Source: an uncultured bacterium (GTDB lineage: Bacteria > Hydrothermota > Tepidihabitantia > Tepidihabitantales > DTDR01). Taken from it: a stretch of 64,000 nt of DNA. This document shows positions 9,069 to 17,826 of this stretch, piece after piece. The notes under the pieces were generated by a model, which did not search any database, had not been told where the DNA came from, and worked only from the letters and a program-made list of their open reading frames with translations. A program made the position numbers and the translations under genes. The stretch's first letter is position 1; each line of letters starts with the position of its first letter. The stretch spans positions 7,438 to 71,437 of the forward strand of contig CAZDHW010000003.1 in the NCBI GenBank assembly GCA_964505415.1, in the 5' to 3' direction.

Positions 9069-10355
9069 ATGAAGGCAATTATTTTGGCTGCTGGAAAAGG
9101 TGAACGAATGAATTCTTCCCTTGTGAAACCTTTACATCGAGTACTCGGGCTTTCTTTAATTGAAAGGGTAATTCTTCCTTTATTAAAAGTCGGAATTAAA
9201 GAGATAATCGTCGTTTTGGGCTATAAAGGGAAAGAGATTGAAAACTATTTAAAGAAAAAATTTAAGGATATAAATTTTCAGTTTGTTTATAATAATGATT
9301 ATGAAAAAGGCAATGGTGCTTCTTTTCTTTTGGCTTTTGAAACACTTAAAGAAAATGAGCCTTTTCTTTTACTGATGGCTGATCATATTTACTCACCCAC
9401 AATTATTGAAAGACTTTTAAAAGCCGATGGTTCTTTTATTGTGGTTAACCAAAACTTTTCTTTAATAAGAGACCTAACGGCAGAAACCAAAGTAAAAATT
9501 AATAATGGTTATCTGGTTGATATTGGCAAAGATTTGAAAGATTTTGATGGTGTTGATTGTGGTATCTTTCTTTTGCGAAAAAAAGATTGTCAATTAAATA
9601 ATAATGGAAAAGAATCGGAGTTGAGTTTAGTCATTAAAGAATATCTTAAAAAAGAAAAAATAAAAGCCTTTTATTTGAAGAAGGATGAATATGTTTTTAA
9701 CATTAATGATAAAGAAAGTAAAAAATGGGCAAGTAATTATCTCTTAAATCATTGTGGCAAAAAGGAAGACGGAATAATTAGTAGGAATATCAACCGGAAA
9801 ATTTCTAAATTGTTTACTCAACTTTTAATCAATTTAAACTGCTCACCCATTGTTTTTACGATTATAAATTTTCTTTTAACGATTGTGGCAGCTTTCAGTT
9901 TTTTCTTCTCTAATATTTTGGGAGCCCTTTTGGTGCAATTAGTATCGATTCTTGATGGGGTTGATGGTGAGATTGCGCGGTTAAAATTGGCGACTACCAA
10001 ATTTGGTGCCTATTTAGATGCCGTTCTTGACCGCTACGGTGATATGATAATTATGCTTTCTTTAGCTTCAGCCCATTATCTAAAAACCAATCAGAATTTG
10101 ATCTTTTTTTGGACAATTTTAGCCCTTCTTGGTTCTAATATGTCAATGATTTTAAAAGAAAAAGAGAAACTTTTGTTTTCTTATAATTTTACTAACCCCC
10201 TCTTACCGCCTTCGCGGGACCTTCGGCTTTTTTTAATCTTTCTTTTTGGCCTTTTTAATCAGCTTTTTCCTTTAGTTATCTTTTTAGCACTTTTTACCAA
10301 TCTGGGGGTTTTAATAAGGATTCTTTTGGTAAAAAGATTCGCTAAGGAAGATTAA
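9069..10355 (+). CDS. Bifunctional IPCT/DIPPS (NTP transferase + CDP-alcohol phosphotransferase), di-myo-inositol-phosphate synthesis family
   Basis: N-term AIILAAGKGERM...KPL; C-term DGIISRNINRKIS and DGVDGEIAR...FGAYLDAVLDRYGD. Confidence 0.82.
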   Translation: MKAIILAAGKGERMNSSLVKPLHRVLGLSLIERVILPLLKVGIKEIIVVLGYKGKEIENYLKKKFKDINFQFVYNNDYEKGNGASFLLAFETLKENEPFLLLMADHIYSPTIIERLLKADGSFIVVNQNFSLIRDLTAETKVKINNGYLVDIGKDLKDFDGVDCGIFLLRKKDCQLNNNGKESELSLVIKEYLKKEKIKAFYLKKDEYVFNINDKESKKWASNYLLNHCGKKEDGIISRNINRKISKLFTQLLINLNCSPIVFTIINFLLTIVAAFSFFFSNILGALLVQLVSILDGVDGEIARLKLATTKFGAYLDAVLDRYGDMIIMLSLASAHYLKTNQNLIFFWTILALLGSNMSMILKEKEKLLFSYNFTNPLLPPSRDLRLFLIFLFGLFNQLFPLVIFLALFTNLGVLIRILLVKRFAKED

Positions 10356-11666
10356 AATAATTAAGAAGAGAGCAAAGAAAAAGGCAAATTCCTTTTTGAG
10401 TTTGATTAAGGGAAAAATCTGGGAAAAATAATGGATTAAAATGATTAGGATTTTTATTAAGAAATTTAAAGTTTGAGAAAAGATAAGGGCAAAGAAAGGG
10501 AAAAAGAAGTTAAAGAAAAGCACCAAAAGAATTAGCGGTAAAATCAAGGCAACCAATGGGAGAACAATAAGATTAGCAATAATTGGAGCAGTTGGTAAGG
10601 CTTTAAAAGAATAGATAATCACTGGTGCGGTAGCTAAATAGGCCGATAAAGAGATAAGCAAGGGTTCAAAAAGATATTTTTTTAAGAACTGATTTTTAAT
10701 TTTTAAAAAGTTTTTCGCTAAAGGGTAAAAATATAAAATTCCAAAAGTGGCTAAGAAAGAAAGTAAAAAACTGATATTAAATAAATTTAAAGGTGAAAAT
10801 AGAAAGATTAATATTCCAGCATTCAAAAGATTATTTAACGGTAAAGTTTTTCGCTTTAAAAAATAAGAAAGGGTAACAAAGAGAAACATTAAACCGGCTC
10901 TTAAAATTGAAGGGCGGAAAGAGCAGAGACCAGCATAAATAAAAAGAATAATTATTAAAAGAAAATAACGATAGGAAAAAGGAATTCTTAAAATACTTAA
11001 AAATAAAAGTGAAACAAAAGCCAGAATGTGAATATGAAGTCCAGAAACGGCTAAAAGATGATAAAGACCAGTTTTTTTAAAATCTTCTTTTATTTTGCTA
11101 TCTAATTCTTTTTTATCACCAAGAAAAATCCCTAAAACAATCGCGGCATTTTCTTTTTCTAAATATTTATAAAATATCTTTGTTATTGCTTTTTTTATTT
11201 TTTCAAAAATTTTTATTTCTTTCTTTTTCTCTTCTTTCAATAAGAAAAAATCATTAACCAAATAAAGATTTTGCTTGGTCAATTTTCCATAAAATATTAT
11301 TTCTTTGTCAATGTCGAAATTTTCTTTTGTTTTCCAAAAAGCCTTTTCGTTGATAAAATAAAAATTATCATGATGGTAATATTCGGTTAATTCCAAATAA
11401 TAACTTCCTTTATGTTTTCCCTTAATTTTCCCTTTAAAAATACCTTCTTCAATCTTTATCTTTTTGGGTAATAAAAGAGAGTGATAGAAGCTTGAAGCAA
11501 GAAAAAAAAGAAGATAATAAAGAGAGGCTTGTTTTTTAAAACAAAAATAAAGAAAGGGTAAAATTAATAAAATAAAGAAAGGCTTAAAATTTATTATCGT
11601 AGCAAAAAGAATAGAAAAAATTAATAAAAGGAAGATTTTAAAGGATGGAAAAGAAAAATTATTCAA
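10311..11666 (-). CDS. comEC: ComEC/Rec2-family competence protein (no MBL domain)
   Basis: GLYHLLAVSGLH, PSILRA and SFLLSFLAT motifs; multi-TM. Confidence 0.85.
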   Translation of the reverse strand: MNNFSFPSFKIFLLLIFSILFATIINFKPFFILLILPFLYFCFKKQASLYYLLFFLASSFYHSLLLPKKIKIEEGIFKGKIKGKHKGSYYLELTEYYHHDNFYFINEKAFWKTKENFDIDKEIIFYGKLTKQNLYLVNDFFLLKEEKKKEIKIFEKIKKAITKIFYKYLEKENAAIVLGIFLGDKKELDSKIKEDFKKTGLYHLLAVSGLHIHILAFVSLLFLSILRIPFSYRYFLLIIILFIYAGLCSFRPSILRAGLMFLFVTLSYFLKRKTLPLNNLLNAGILIFLFSPLNLFNISFLLSFLATFGILYFYPLAKNFLKIKNQFLKKYLFEPLLISLSAYLATAPVIIYSFKALPTAPIIANLIVLPLVALILPLILLVLFFNFFFPFFALIFSQTLNFLIKILIILIHYFSQIFPLIKLKKEFAFFFALFLIILIFLSESFYQKNPY

Positions 11667-11667
11667 T

Positions 11668-12579
11668 TTATAACAATTGGTGATTTTTTAAAATATTTTC
11701 TATTTTAGAAAAACTTTCTTCTAAGGAATCGTTGATTACCCAATAGGGAATATTTTCCTTTTTAAACCAGGTAAGCTGCCTCTTTGCATAATTGCGGGTA
11801 TTTTTCTTTGCCAAAGAGAGCATTGCTTCTTTAGTTAACTTCCCTTTAAGATAGGCAATTACTTCTAAATAGCCGATAGTTTTTAAACCTGGTGAATTCT
11901 CGTCGTAACCCATTTTTAAAAGCCTTTCTACCTCTTCAATGAGTCCCATTTCAATCATCTTTTCAAACCGTTCGTTTATTCTTTGATATAAAACTTTTCT
12001 TTCTAAATTAATTCCAATATAGAGGGGTTGAAATTTACTTTCTTTTTTTTGGGTAATAAAATCGGAAAAAGGTTTTTTTGTTAAATAATAAATTTCTAAA
12101 GCCCGAATAATTCGCTGTTTATCGTGGGGATGGATTCTTTCGGCACTTAATTTATCCACTTTTTTTAATTCTTCATAAAGAAGGGATAAGGGTTTCTTTT
12201 GTAGTTCTTCTCTTAAATTCCGATTAACTTCGGGAGCAGGAAAAAAGGGAGAAAATAGGGCTTTAAAATAAAGACCGCTGCCACCCACCATTAAAAATCT
12301 TTTATTTTTTTCTTTTAAATCCTCAATTATTTTGGCGGTTTCTTGAGCATATTGGTGGGCCGAATAATATTTATCCGGAGTGATAATATCAATCATATAA
12401 AACTCATATTTTTCTCTTATCTCTTTAGGTGGTTTTGCGGTGCCGATATCTAAATATTTATAAATCTGGCGAGAGTCACAGGAGATAATAGCAAAATTAT
12501 ACCTTTCAGCAAATAAAAGGGCTAAATCAGTTTTGCCAACACCGGTAGGTCCGCAAAGGCAAGGGACTAAAATTTTCAC
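11668..12579 (-). CDS. miaA: tRNA dimethylallyltransferase
   Basis: GPTGVGKT, ISCDSRQIY, GTAKP, VGGSGLY and YAKRQLTW motifs. Confidence 0.95.
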   Translation of the reverse strand: MKILVPCLCGPTGVGKTDLALLFAERYNFAIISCDSRQIYKYLDIGTAKPPKEIREKYEFYMIDIITPDKYYSAHQYAQETAKIIEDLKEKNKRFLMVGGSGLYFKALFSPFFPAPEVNRNLREELQKKPLSLLYEELKKVDKLSAERIHPHDKQRIIRALEIYYLTKKPFSDFITQKKESKFQPLYIGINLERKVLYQRINERFEKMIEMGLIEEVERLLKMGYDENSPGLKTIGYLEVIAYLKGKLTKEAMLSLAKKNTRNYAKRQLTWFKKENIPYWVINDSLEESFSKIENILKNHQLL

Positions 12580-12655
12580 GTGATAATTTTAAGAAAACTT
12601 CTAAAATTTTCAAAGTTATTTGAAAAATTTATCTAATTAGTTATAATAAATATCT

Positions 12656-13888
12656 ATGGTTATTGCTGATTTCCATATCCATTCATTATATTCCCGAGCA
12701 ACCAGTCGCGATATGGAAATAAAAAAATTGGTTGAGTATGCTAAATACAAAGGAATAAAGATTTTAGGCACCGGTGATTTTACCCATCCGGAATGGTTTA
12801 AGATTTTAAAAAAAGAGTTAAAAGAAATAGAAGAAATTGGTTTAGCCGAAAAAGAGGGGATATATTTTATCTTACAAACAGAAGTAAGTAATATTTATCA
12901 ACAGGATGGGAAGTTAAGAAGAATCCATAATTTAATTTATACCCCTTCTTTTAAAAAGGCAGAAGAAATAAGCAAGTTTTTAGCAAAATATGGTGAATTA
13001 GGAAGCGATGGGCGCCCCACCTTAAATCTTTCTTCTTATGATATGTTAAGTTTTATTAAAGAGATTGATGAGGATGCTTTTATTGTCCCAGCCCACATTT
13101 GGACGCCCCATTTTTCCCTTTTTGGCAGTGTGGCGGGTTTTGATTCTATTGAAGAATGTTTTTTAGATTTAACTAAAGAAATCTTTGCCTTAGAAACTGG
13201 TCTCTCCTCTGATCCCAAGATGAATTGGCGACTTTCTTCCTTAGATAATTTTACTTTGATCTCTAATTCTGATGCCCATTCACCCCAAAAAATTGGCAGG
13301 GAAGCCAATGTTTTTGAGATTTCAAAAATCAGTTATTACGAAATTAAAGATGTTTTGAAAAATAAAGATAAAAAAAGATTTCTATTTACGATTGAATTTT
13401 TCCCCGAAGAGGGAAAATACCATTATGATGGTCATCGTAATTGTAATTTAAGATTATCGCCAAAAGAAAGTATTTTAAATAACGACATCTGTCCTGTCTG
13501 TGGGAAAAAGGTAACAGTTGGAGTTTTACACCGGGTAGAACTTTTGGCTGACCGGGAAGAAGGTTTTGTGCCGGAAAATGCCATTCCCTTTAAAAATTTA
13601 ATTCCCCTTGATGAGATAATTGCGGAAGCCCTAAATGTTTCTAAGGAAAGCGCGGCGGTTAAAAACCTTTATTTAGAAATGGTAAAAAAGATTGCTCCGG
13701 AATTTGAAATTTTGTTGAATGTGCCGGTGGAAGAGATAAAGAAAAATTATTTAAAAATTGGCGAAGGCATTGAAAAGATGCGGAAAGGAGAAGTTAAAAT
13801 TTTGCCCGGTTATGACGGAGTTTTTGGCGAAATAAGGATTTTTGAAAAGAAAGAAGAGAAAAAAGAAGAGCAAAGAACACTTTTTTAA
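12656..13888 (+). CDS. Endonuclease Q family protein (PHP domain + Zn finger)
   Basis: DFHIHSLYSRATS, GTGDFTHPEW, PAHIWTP, ETGLSSD, SNSDAHS, GKYHYDGHRNC...CPVCG and PGYDG motifs. Confidence 0.88.
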   Translation: MVIADFHIHSLYSRATSRDMEIKKLVEYAKYKGIKILGTGDFTHPEWFKILKKELKEIEEIGLAEKEGIYFILQTEVSNIYQQDGKLRRIHNLIYTPSFKKAEEISKFLAKYGELGSDGRPTLNLSSYDMLSFIKEIDEDAFIVPAHIWTPHFSLFGSVAGFDSIEECFLDLTKEIFALETGLSSDPKMNWRLSSLDNFTLISNSDAHSPQKIGREANVFEISKISYYEIKDVLKNKDKKRFLFTIEFFPEEGKYHYDGHRNCNLRLSPKESILNNDICPVCGKKVTVGVLHRVELLADREEGFVPENAIPFKNLIPLDEIIAEALNVSKESAAVKNLYLEMVKKIAPEFEILLNVPVEEIKKNYLKIGEGIEKMRKGEVKILPGYDGVFGEIRIFEKKEEKKEEQRTLF

Positions 13889-13901
13889 AAGGGAGAAAAT
13901 T

Positions 13902-15236
13902 ATGAGAGAAAGAAAAAAAGTTATTATTATGGGAGCCGGTGGTCGGGATTTCCATAATTTTAATCTCTTTTTTAAAAATAACCCGGATTACGAAGTTGTG
14001 GCTTTTACTCAAACCCAGATTCCCGAAATTGAAGGACGGGTGTATCCGAAAGAACTTGCGGGTGAACTTTATCCGGATGGTATCCCTTTATATTCCGAAA
14101 ATGAACTTATTGATCTCATAAAAGAGAAAGATGTTTCCTTAGTAGTATTTGCCTATTCGGATGTGGATTATAAATATGTTATGGAAAGAGCGGAAAAGGT
14201 TTTGGCTGCTGGTGCTTCTTTTATGTTTCTTGGTCCTAAAGAAACAATGTTAGCAAGCCAAAAACCGGTTATTGCTATTTGTGCGGTGAGAACCGGTGCC
14301 GGTAAAAGTCCATTGACGAGAAAGATTTGTGAAATTTTAAGAAAGAAAAATATTAATTTTTGTGTCGTGAGGCATCCAATGGCTTATGGTGATTTCCAAA
14401 GGCAGGCAGTTCAAAAATTTCAGAAGTTAGAAGATTTAGATTTTTATAAGGCAACAATTGAAGAAAGAGAAGAATACGAACCCCATATCAAAATGGGTAA
14501 TACGGTCTTTGCTGGTGTGGATTATGAAGGTATTTTAAGAAAAGCCGAAGAAGAATTTTCCTTAATTGTTTGGGATGGTGGTAATAACGACTTTCCCTTT
14601 TTTAAACCCGACCTTTTATTTGTTGTTTGCGACCCTTTAAGAGCCGGTAACGAAGCAGAATCCCATCCAGGTTTTGCCTTATTCCAAATGGCCGATGTTT
14701 TGTGTATTTCCAAAGTCTCTTCGGCTACGAAAGAGGAATTAAAAATTTTAAAAGAAAATATTAAAAAATATAATAATAAAGCCGAAATAATAATGGCCGA
14801 TTTAGTTCCCCAATTAAAGGATAAAGAAATAAAAGTTAAAAAGAAAAAGAAAGCGATAGTGGTGGAAGATGGGCCGACAACTACTCATGGTGGTATGGCT
14901 TTTGGTGCCGGCTATTTGTCTGCGAAAAAATTAGGGCTTAAAATTGAAAAACCCCATAAATATGCGGTTGGTATTTATAAAAAGATTTTTAAAGAATATC
15001 CCCATTTAGAATATGTTTTACCGGCAATTGGTTATAAAGAAAATCAGATTGAAGATTTGAAAAGAACCTTAGAAAAGGCAAAAGTTGATTATATAATTTC
15101 GGCAACGCCCATTGATTTGAATAGACTTTTTAAATTAGATAAACCGATTATCCATATTGAATACTATTTTAAAGAAAAGACAAAGAAATTAGAAAAGATT
15201 ATTGATAATTTCTTAAAAGAAAAAGGTCTCTTATAA
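13902..15236 (+). CDS. Arginine synthetase (ArcE)-like P-loop protein (often annotated GTPase or cyclic 2,3-diphosphoglycerate synthetase-like)
   Basis: GAGGRDFHNFN, QIPEIEGRVYP, AVRTGAGKS, RHPM, IEEREEYEPH, WDGGNNDFPF and VEDGPTTTHGGM; ATG 13902 follows SD GGGAG. Confidence 0.75.
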   Translation: MRERKKVIIMGAGGRDFHNFNLFFKNNPDYEVVAFTQTQIPEIEGRVYPKELAGELYPDGIPLYSENELIDLIKEKDVSLVVFAYSDVDYKYVMERAEKVLAAGASFMFLGPKETMLASQKPVIAICAVRTGAGKSPLTRKICEILRKKNINFCVVRHPMAYGDFQRQAVQKFQKLEDLDFYKATIEEREEYEPHIKMGNTVFAGVDYEGILRKAEEEFSLIVWDGGNNDFPFFKPDLLFVVCDPLRAGNEAESHPGFALFQMADVLCISKVSSATKEELKILKENIKKYNNKAEIIMADLVPQLKDKEIKVKKKKKAIVVEDGPTTTHGGMAFGAGYLSAKKLGLKIEKPHKYAVGIYKKIFKEYPHLEYVLPAIGYKENQIEDLKRTLEKAKVDYIISATPIDLNRLFKLDKPIIHIEYYFKEKTKKLEKIIDNFLKEKGLL

Positions 15237-15689
15237 ATTTTTGGGGTAAGATTTTACTATTTTTATCGTTAATATATATATGATGAGGAAAAAGATAAAA
15301 AGAATAAATAATTTTAAAAATTTTACCAATTTTTCTTTTCTTACCTTAAAATAATTGAAAATCAATATCACGAAAGGGCTGTCCCCTGGAGAGTTTAGGG
15401 AAGAGTCCCCATAAAGGTCAATTAAGGTTTCAAAGGTATTGCTCCTACGCCTCCTAACCCCAATTTATTTTTGGATTTTTTTAAAACCTTTAATATTATT
15501 TATTAAAAAAATAATATAATATTTTAAAAAGGACTTTGTGAAGAGAAGAAATTGATAAATGATGTGAAAAAAGTTTTCGAATTATTATTAGAAGAAAAGA
15601 TCTTGAACTTTTTTAAAGAGATGTCAGAATCGAGTAAAGTTTTTCTATTGTGATAGTAAAGTTAGAAAGAGGATAAAAAGGAGGTTTAA

Positions 15690-15971
15690 ATGGGTTTTAA
15701 GTATTATAAAAAAGCTGTTATTTTATCCGATGAGGACGGCTCATTGGATAATTTCTTTGAGGAGTTACGTTGTGAGTATGATCGGAATTTTAATAGGTAT
15801 TTGCCAGTAAGTAAGAGAGACGAAAGAGTCGAAAAGGAATTTTTAAGAAGATTTTTAGAAGAAAATAAAGTGGATATGATCATTGTGGAGTATCGTCGAA
15901 AGCTTTATATAATAGAAGATTTTTATGATTTTAAGAAGTTTCTAGATTTCTTAGATCGGTATGAAAAATAA
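15690..15971 (+). CDS. Hypothetical protein
   Basis: 93-aa ORF with strong SD AAGGAGG; no recognisable motif. Confidence 0.55.
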   Translation: MGFKYYKKAVILSDEDGSLDNFFEELRCEYDRNFNRYLPVSKRDERVEKEFLRRFLEENKVDMIIVEYRRKLYIIEDFYDFKKFLDFLDRYEK

Positions 15972-16164
15972 AAGATAAGATTTAATTAATTTAGAAGTAT
16001 TTTAGAAAGAGAAGTCTTTAGAAAGAGGGTAAATTAAAGGAGAAGAGAAAAAAAGTAAAAGAATTTTCAAAGGAAGAATTAGAAAGATTAGATAAAGAAA
16101 TTAAGGAATTAAGAGAACTTGTATTTAAAATGATCAGACTATCTGCCGCGAGTTAAATTTATTT

Positions 16165-17325
16165 TTACTTCTTCTTAAAGGCAGTGATCGCTCTTAACCT
16201 TTTGACAACTTTTATTAAAACTTCAATGGTGTAGTCAATCTCTTCTTTGGTATTTTCTTTTCCTAAGGAGAATCTAACTGGGGAGTTGATATATTCTATC
16301 GGCACATTCATTGCCTTTAAAACATGGGAAGGTTCGGGTTCTCCCGAAGCACAGGCGCTACCACTGGCAACGGCTATCCCTTCCAAATCTAAATTAACAA
16401 GTAAAGCCTCACCTTCAATATAACCAAAAGAGATATTTGTCGTATTGGGCAGCCTTTTTTCTCTATGACCATTAATTCTTACATCTTCAATATTTTCCAA
16501 AATCTTTTCTTCTAAATAATCCCGCAATTCTTTCATTTTTTTAACATCTTTTTCCATATCCCTTTGGATAATCTCACAAGCCTTTCCCATTCCCACAATG
16601 CCGATAAGGTTTTCGGTTCCCGCTCTTTTTCCTTGTTCGTGATGACCACCATGAATTAAATTTTCAATTTTTACCCCTTCTTTAATATATAAAACCCCAA
16701 CACCTTTGGGCGCATGAATTTTATGACCCGAGATGGTTAATAAATCAACACCCAATTCTTTTACATCCAATTTAATTTTACCACAAGAAGCAACCGCATC
16801 GGTATGAAAATAGATATCATAATTTTTTAAAATCTCCGAAATTTCTTTTATCGGTTGTAAAGTTCCCACTTCATTATTAGAATGCATTACCGAAACTAAA
16901 ATGGTCTCTTTTTTTATTGCCTTTTTGAGATAATCAATATCAACAATTCCGTATTCGTCAACCGGTAAAAAAGTAATCTCAAAGCCAAAATCTTTTAAGG
17001 CTAAACAGGAATTTAAAACTGAAGAATGTTCAATTGCCGAAGTGATTATGTGGTTCCCCTTATCACGGTTGGCAAAGGCAATTCCTTTTATTGCCCAATT
17101 ACAAGATTCAGTGCCACCAGAAGTAAAGAAAATCCTATCGGGTTTTGTGTTCAAAGATTCCGCCACTTTTCTGCGCGCCTCTTCTATTGCTTCTCTTGTC
17201 TCCCGACCAAAAGAATGTAAATTAGAAGGGTTACCAAACTTTTCTTCTAAAAAGGGCATAATTGCTTTTACTACTTCTTTGTCAATAGGTGTGGTTGAAT
17301 TATAATCTAAATAAACTCTTCTCAT
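16165..17325 (-). CDS. iscS: Cysteine desulfurase (IscS/NifS type)
   Basis: YLDYNSTTP, GNPSNLH, TSGGTES, HTDAV, SGHK (PLP Lys) and SGSACASG (catalytic Cys). Confidence 0.93.
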   Translation of the reverse strand: MRRVYLDYNSTTPIDKEVVKAIMPFLEEKFGNPSNLHSFGRETREAIEEARRKVAESLNTKPDRIFFTSGGTESCNWAIKGIAFANRDKGNHIITSAIEHSSVLNSCLALKDFGFEITFLPVDEYGIVDIDYLKKAIKKETILVSVMHSNNEVGTLQPIKEISEILKNYDIYFHTDAVASCGKIKLDVKELGVDLLTISGHKIHAPKGVGVLYIKEGVKIENLIHGGHHEQGKRAGTENLIGIVGMGKACEIIQRDMEKDVKKMKELRDYLEEKILENIEDVRINGHREKRLPNTTNISFGYIEGEALLVNLDLEGIAVASGSACASGEPEPSHVLKAMNVPIEYINSPVRFSLGKENTKEEIDYTIEVLIKVVKRLRAITAFKKK

Positions 17326-17370
17326 CTTACCTCCAATTTTCTATAAAGATAATAAAAAAATAATAATTTT

Positions 17371-17826
17371 TCAATTATTTTTTTCTTTGGTGGTAAATAA
17401 AAGAATGAAGATACCGACAACAATAAAGAAATCGGCAAAATTATAAGTAGGCCAACGAAGATTTTTAATTCCCATATCAATAAAATCAGTTACTTTGCCA
17501 TAGATAATTCTTTCGCTAACATTGCCAATCGCTCCACCCAGAATAAGTCCGTAAGCCAATTGGTGGATTTTACTTTTACCTTTAAGACCAAAAAGTAAGA
17601 GTAAGATAAGCCCGATAATCGGCAAAATATAATGGAGTTTTTCTATTTTAAAAGAGATAGAAAAAATTCCGTAAGGGTTAAAAACTAAATAAAAACGGAG
17701 ATAATCACCGATAATATTTAAACCTTGGGGATAATTTACCAAATAATTTTTGGCCCAAGATTTCGTTAAATAGTCTATTAAAAAGGCAAAGATGATTGTC
17801 AGAAAAAGAATTTTTTTATTTTTCAA
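17371..17826 (-). CDS. lspA: Lipoprotein signal peptidase II
   Basis: DYLTK, NPYGIFS, GGAIGNVSER, VTDFID and WPTYNFAD motifs. Confidence 0.9.
   Translation of the reverse strand: MKNKKILFLTIIFAFLIDYLTKSWAKNYLVNYPQGLNIIGDYLRFYLVFNPYGIFSISFKIEKLHYILPIIGLILLLLFGLKGKSKIHQLAYGLILGGAIGNVSERIIYGKVTDFIDMGIKNLRWPTYNFADFFIVVGIFILLFTTKEKNN

Noticed and set aside
10311-10355. Convergent gene overlaps (also 5246-5256, 40377-40380, 46447-46463) as antisense regulation
   Set aside because: Short overlaps are expected in a compact AT-rich genome; no further evidence
13842-13901. Lys/Arg-rich N-terminal extension of the ArcE-like ORF
   Set aside because: Overlaps the endoQ 3' end; SD-preceded ATG at 13902 matches the family start
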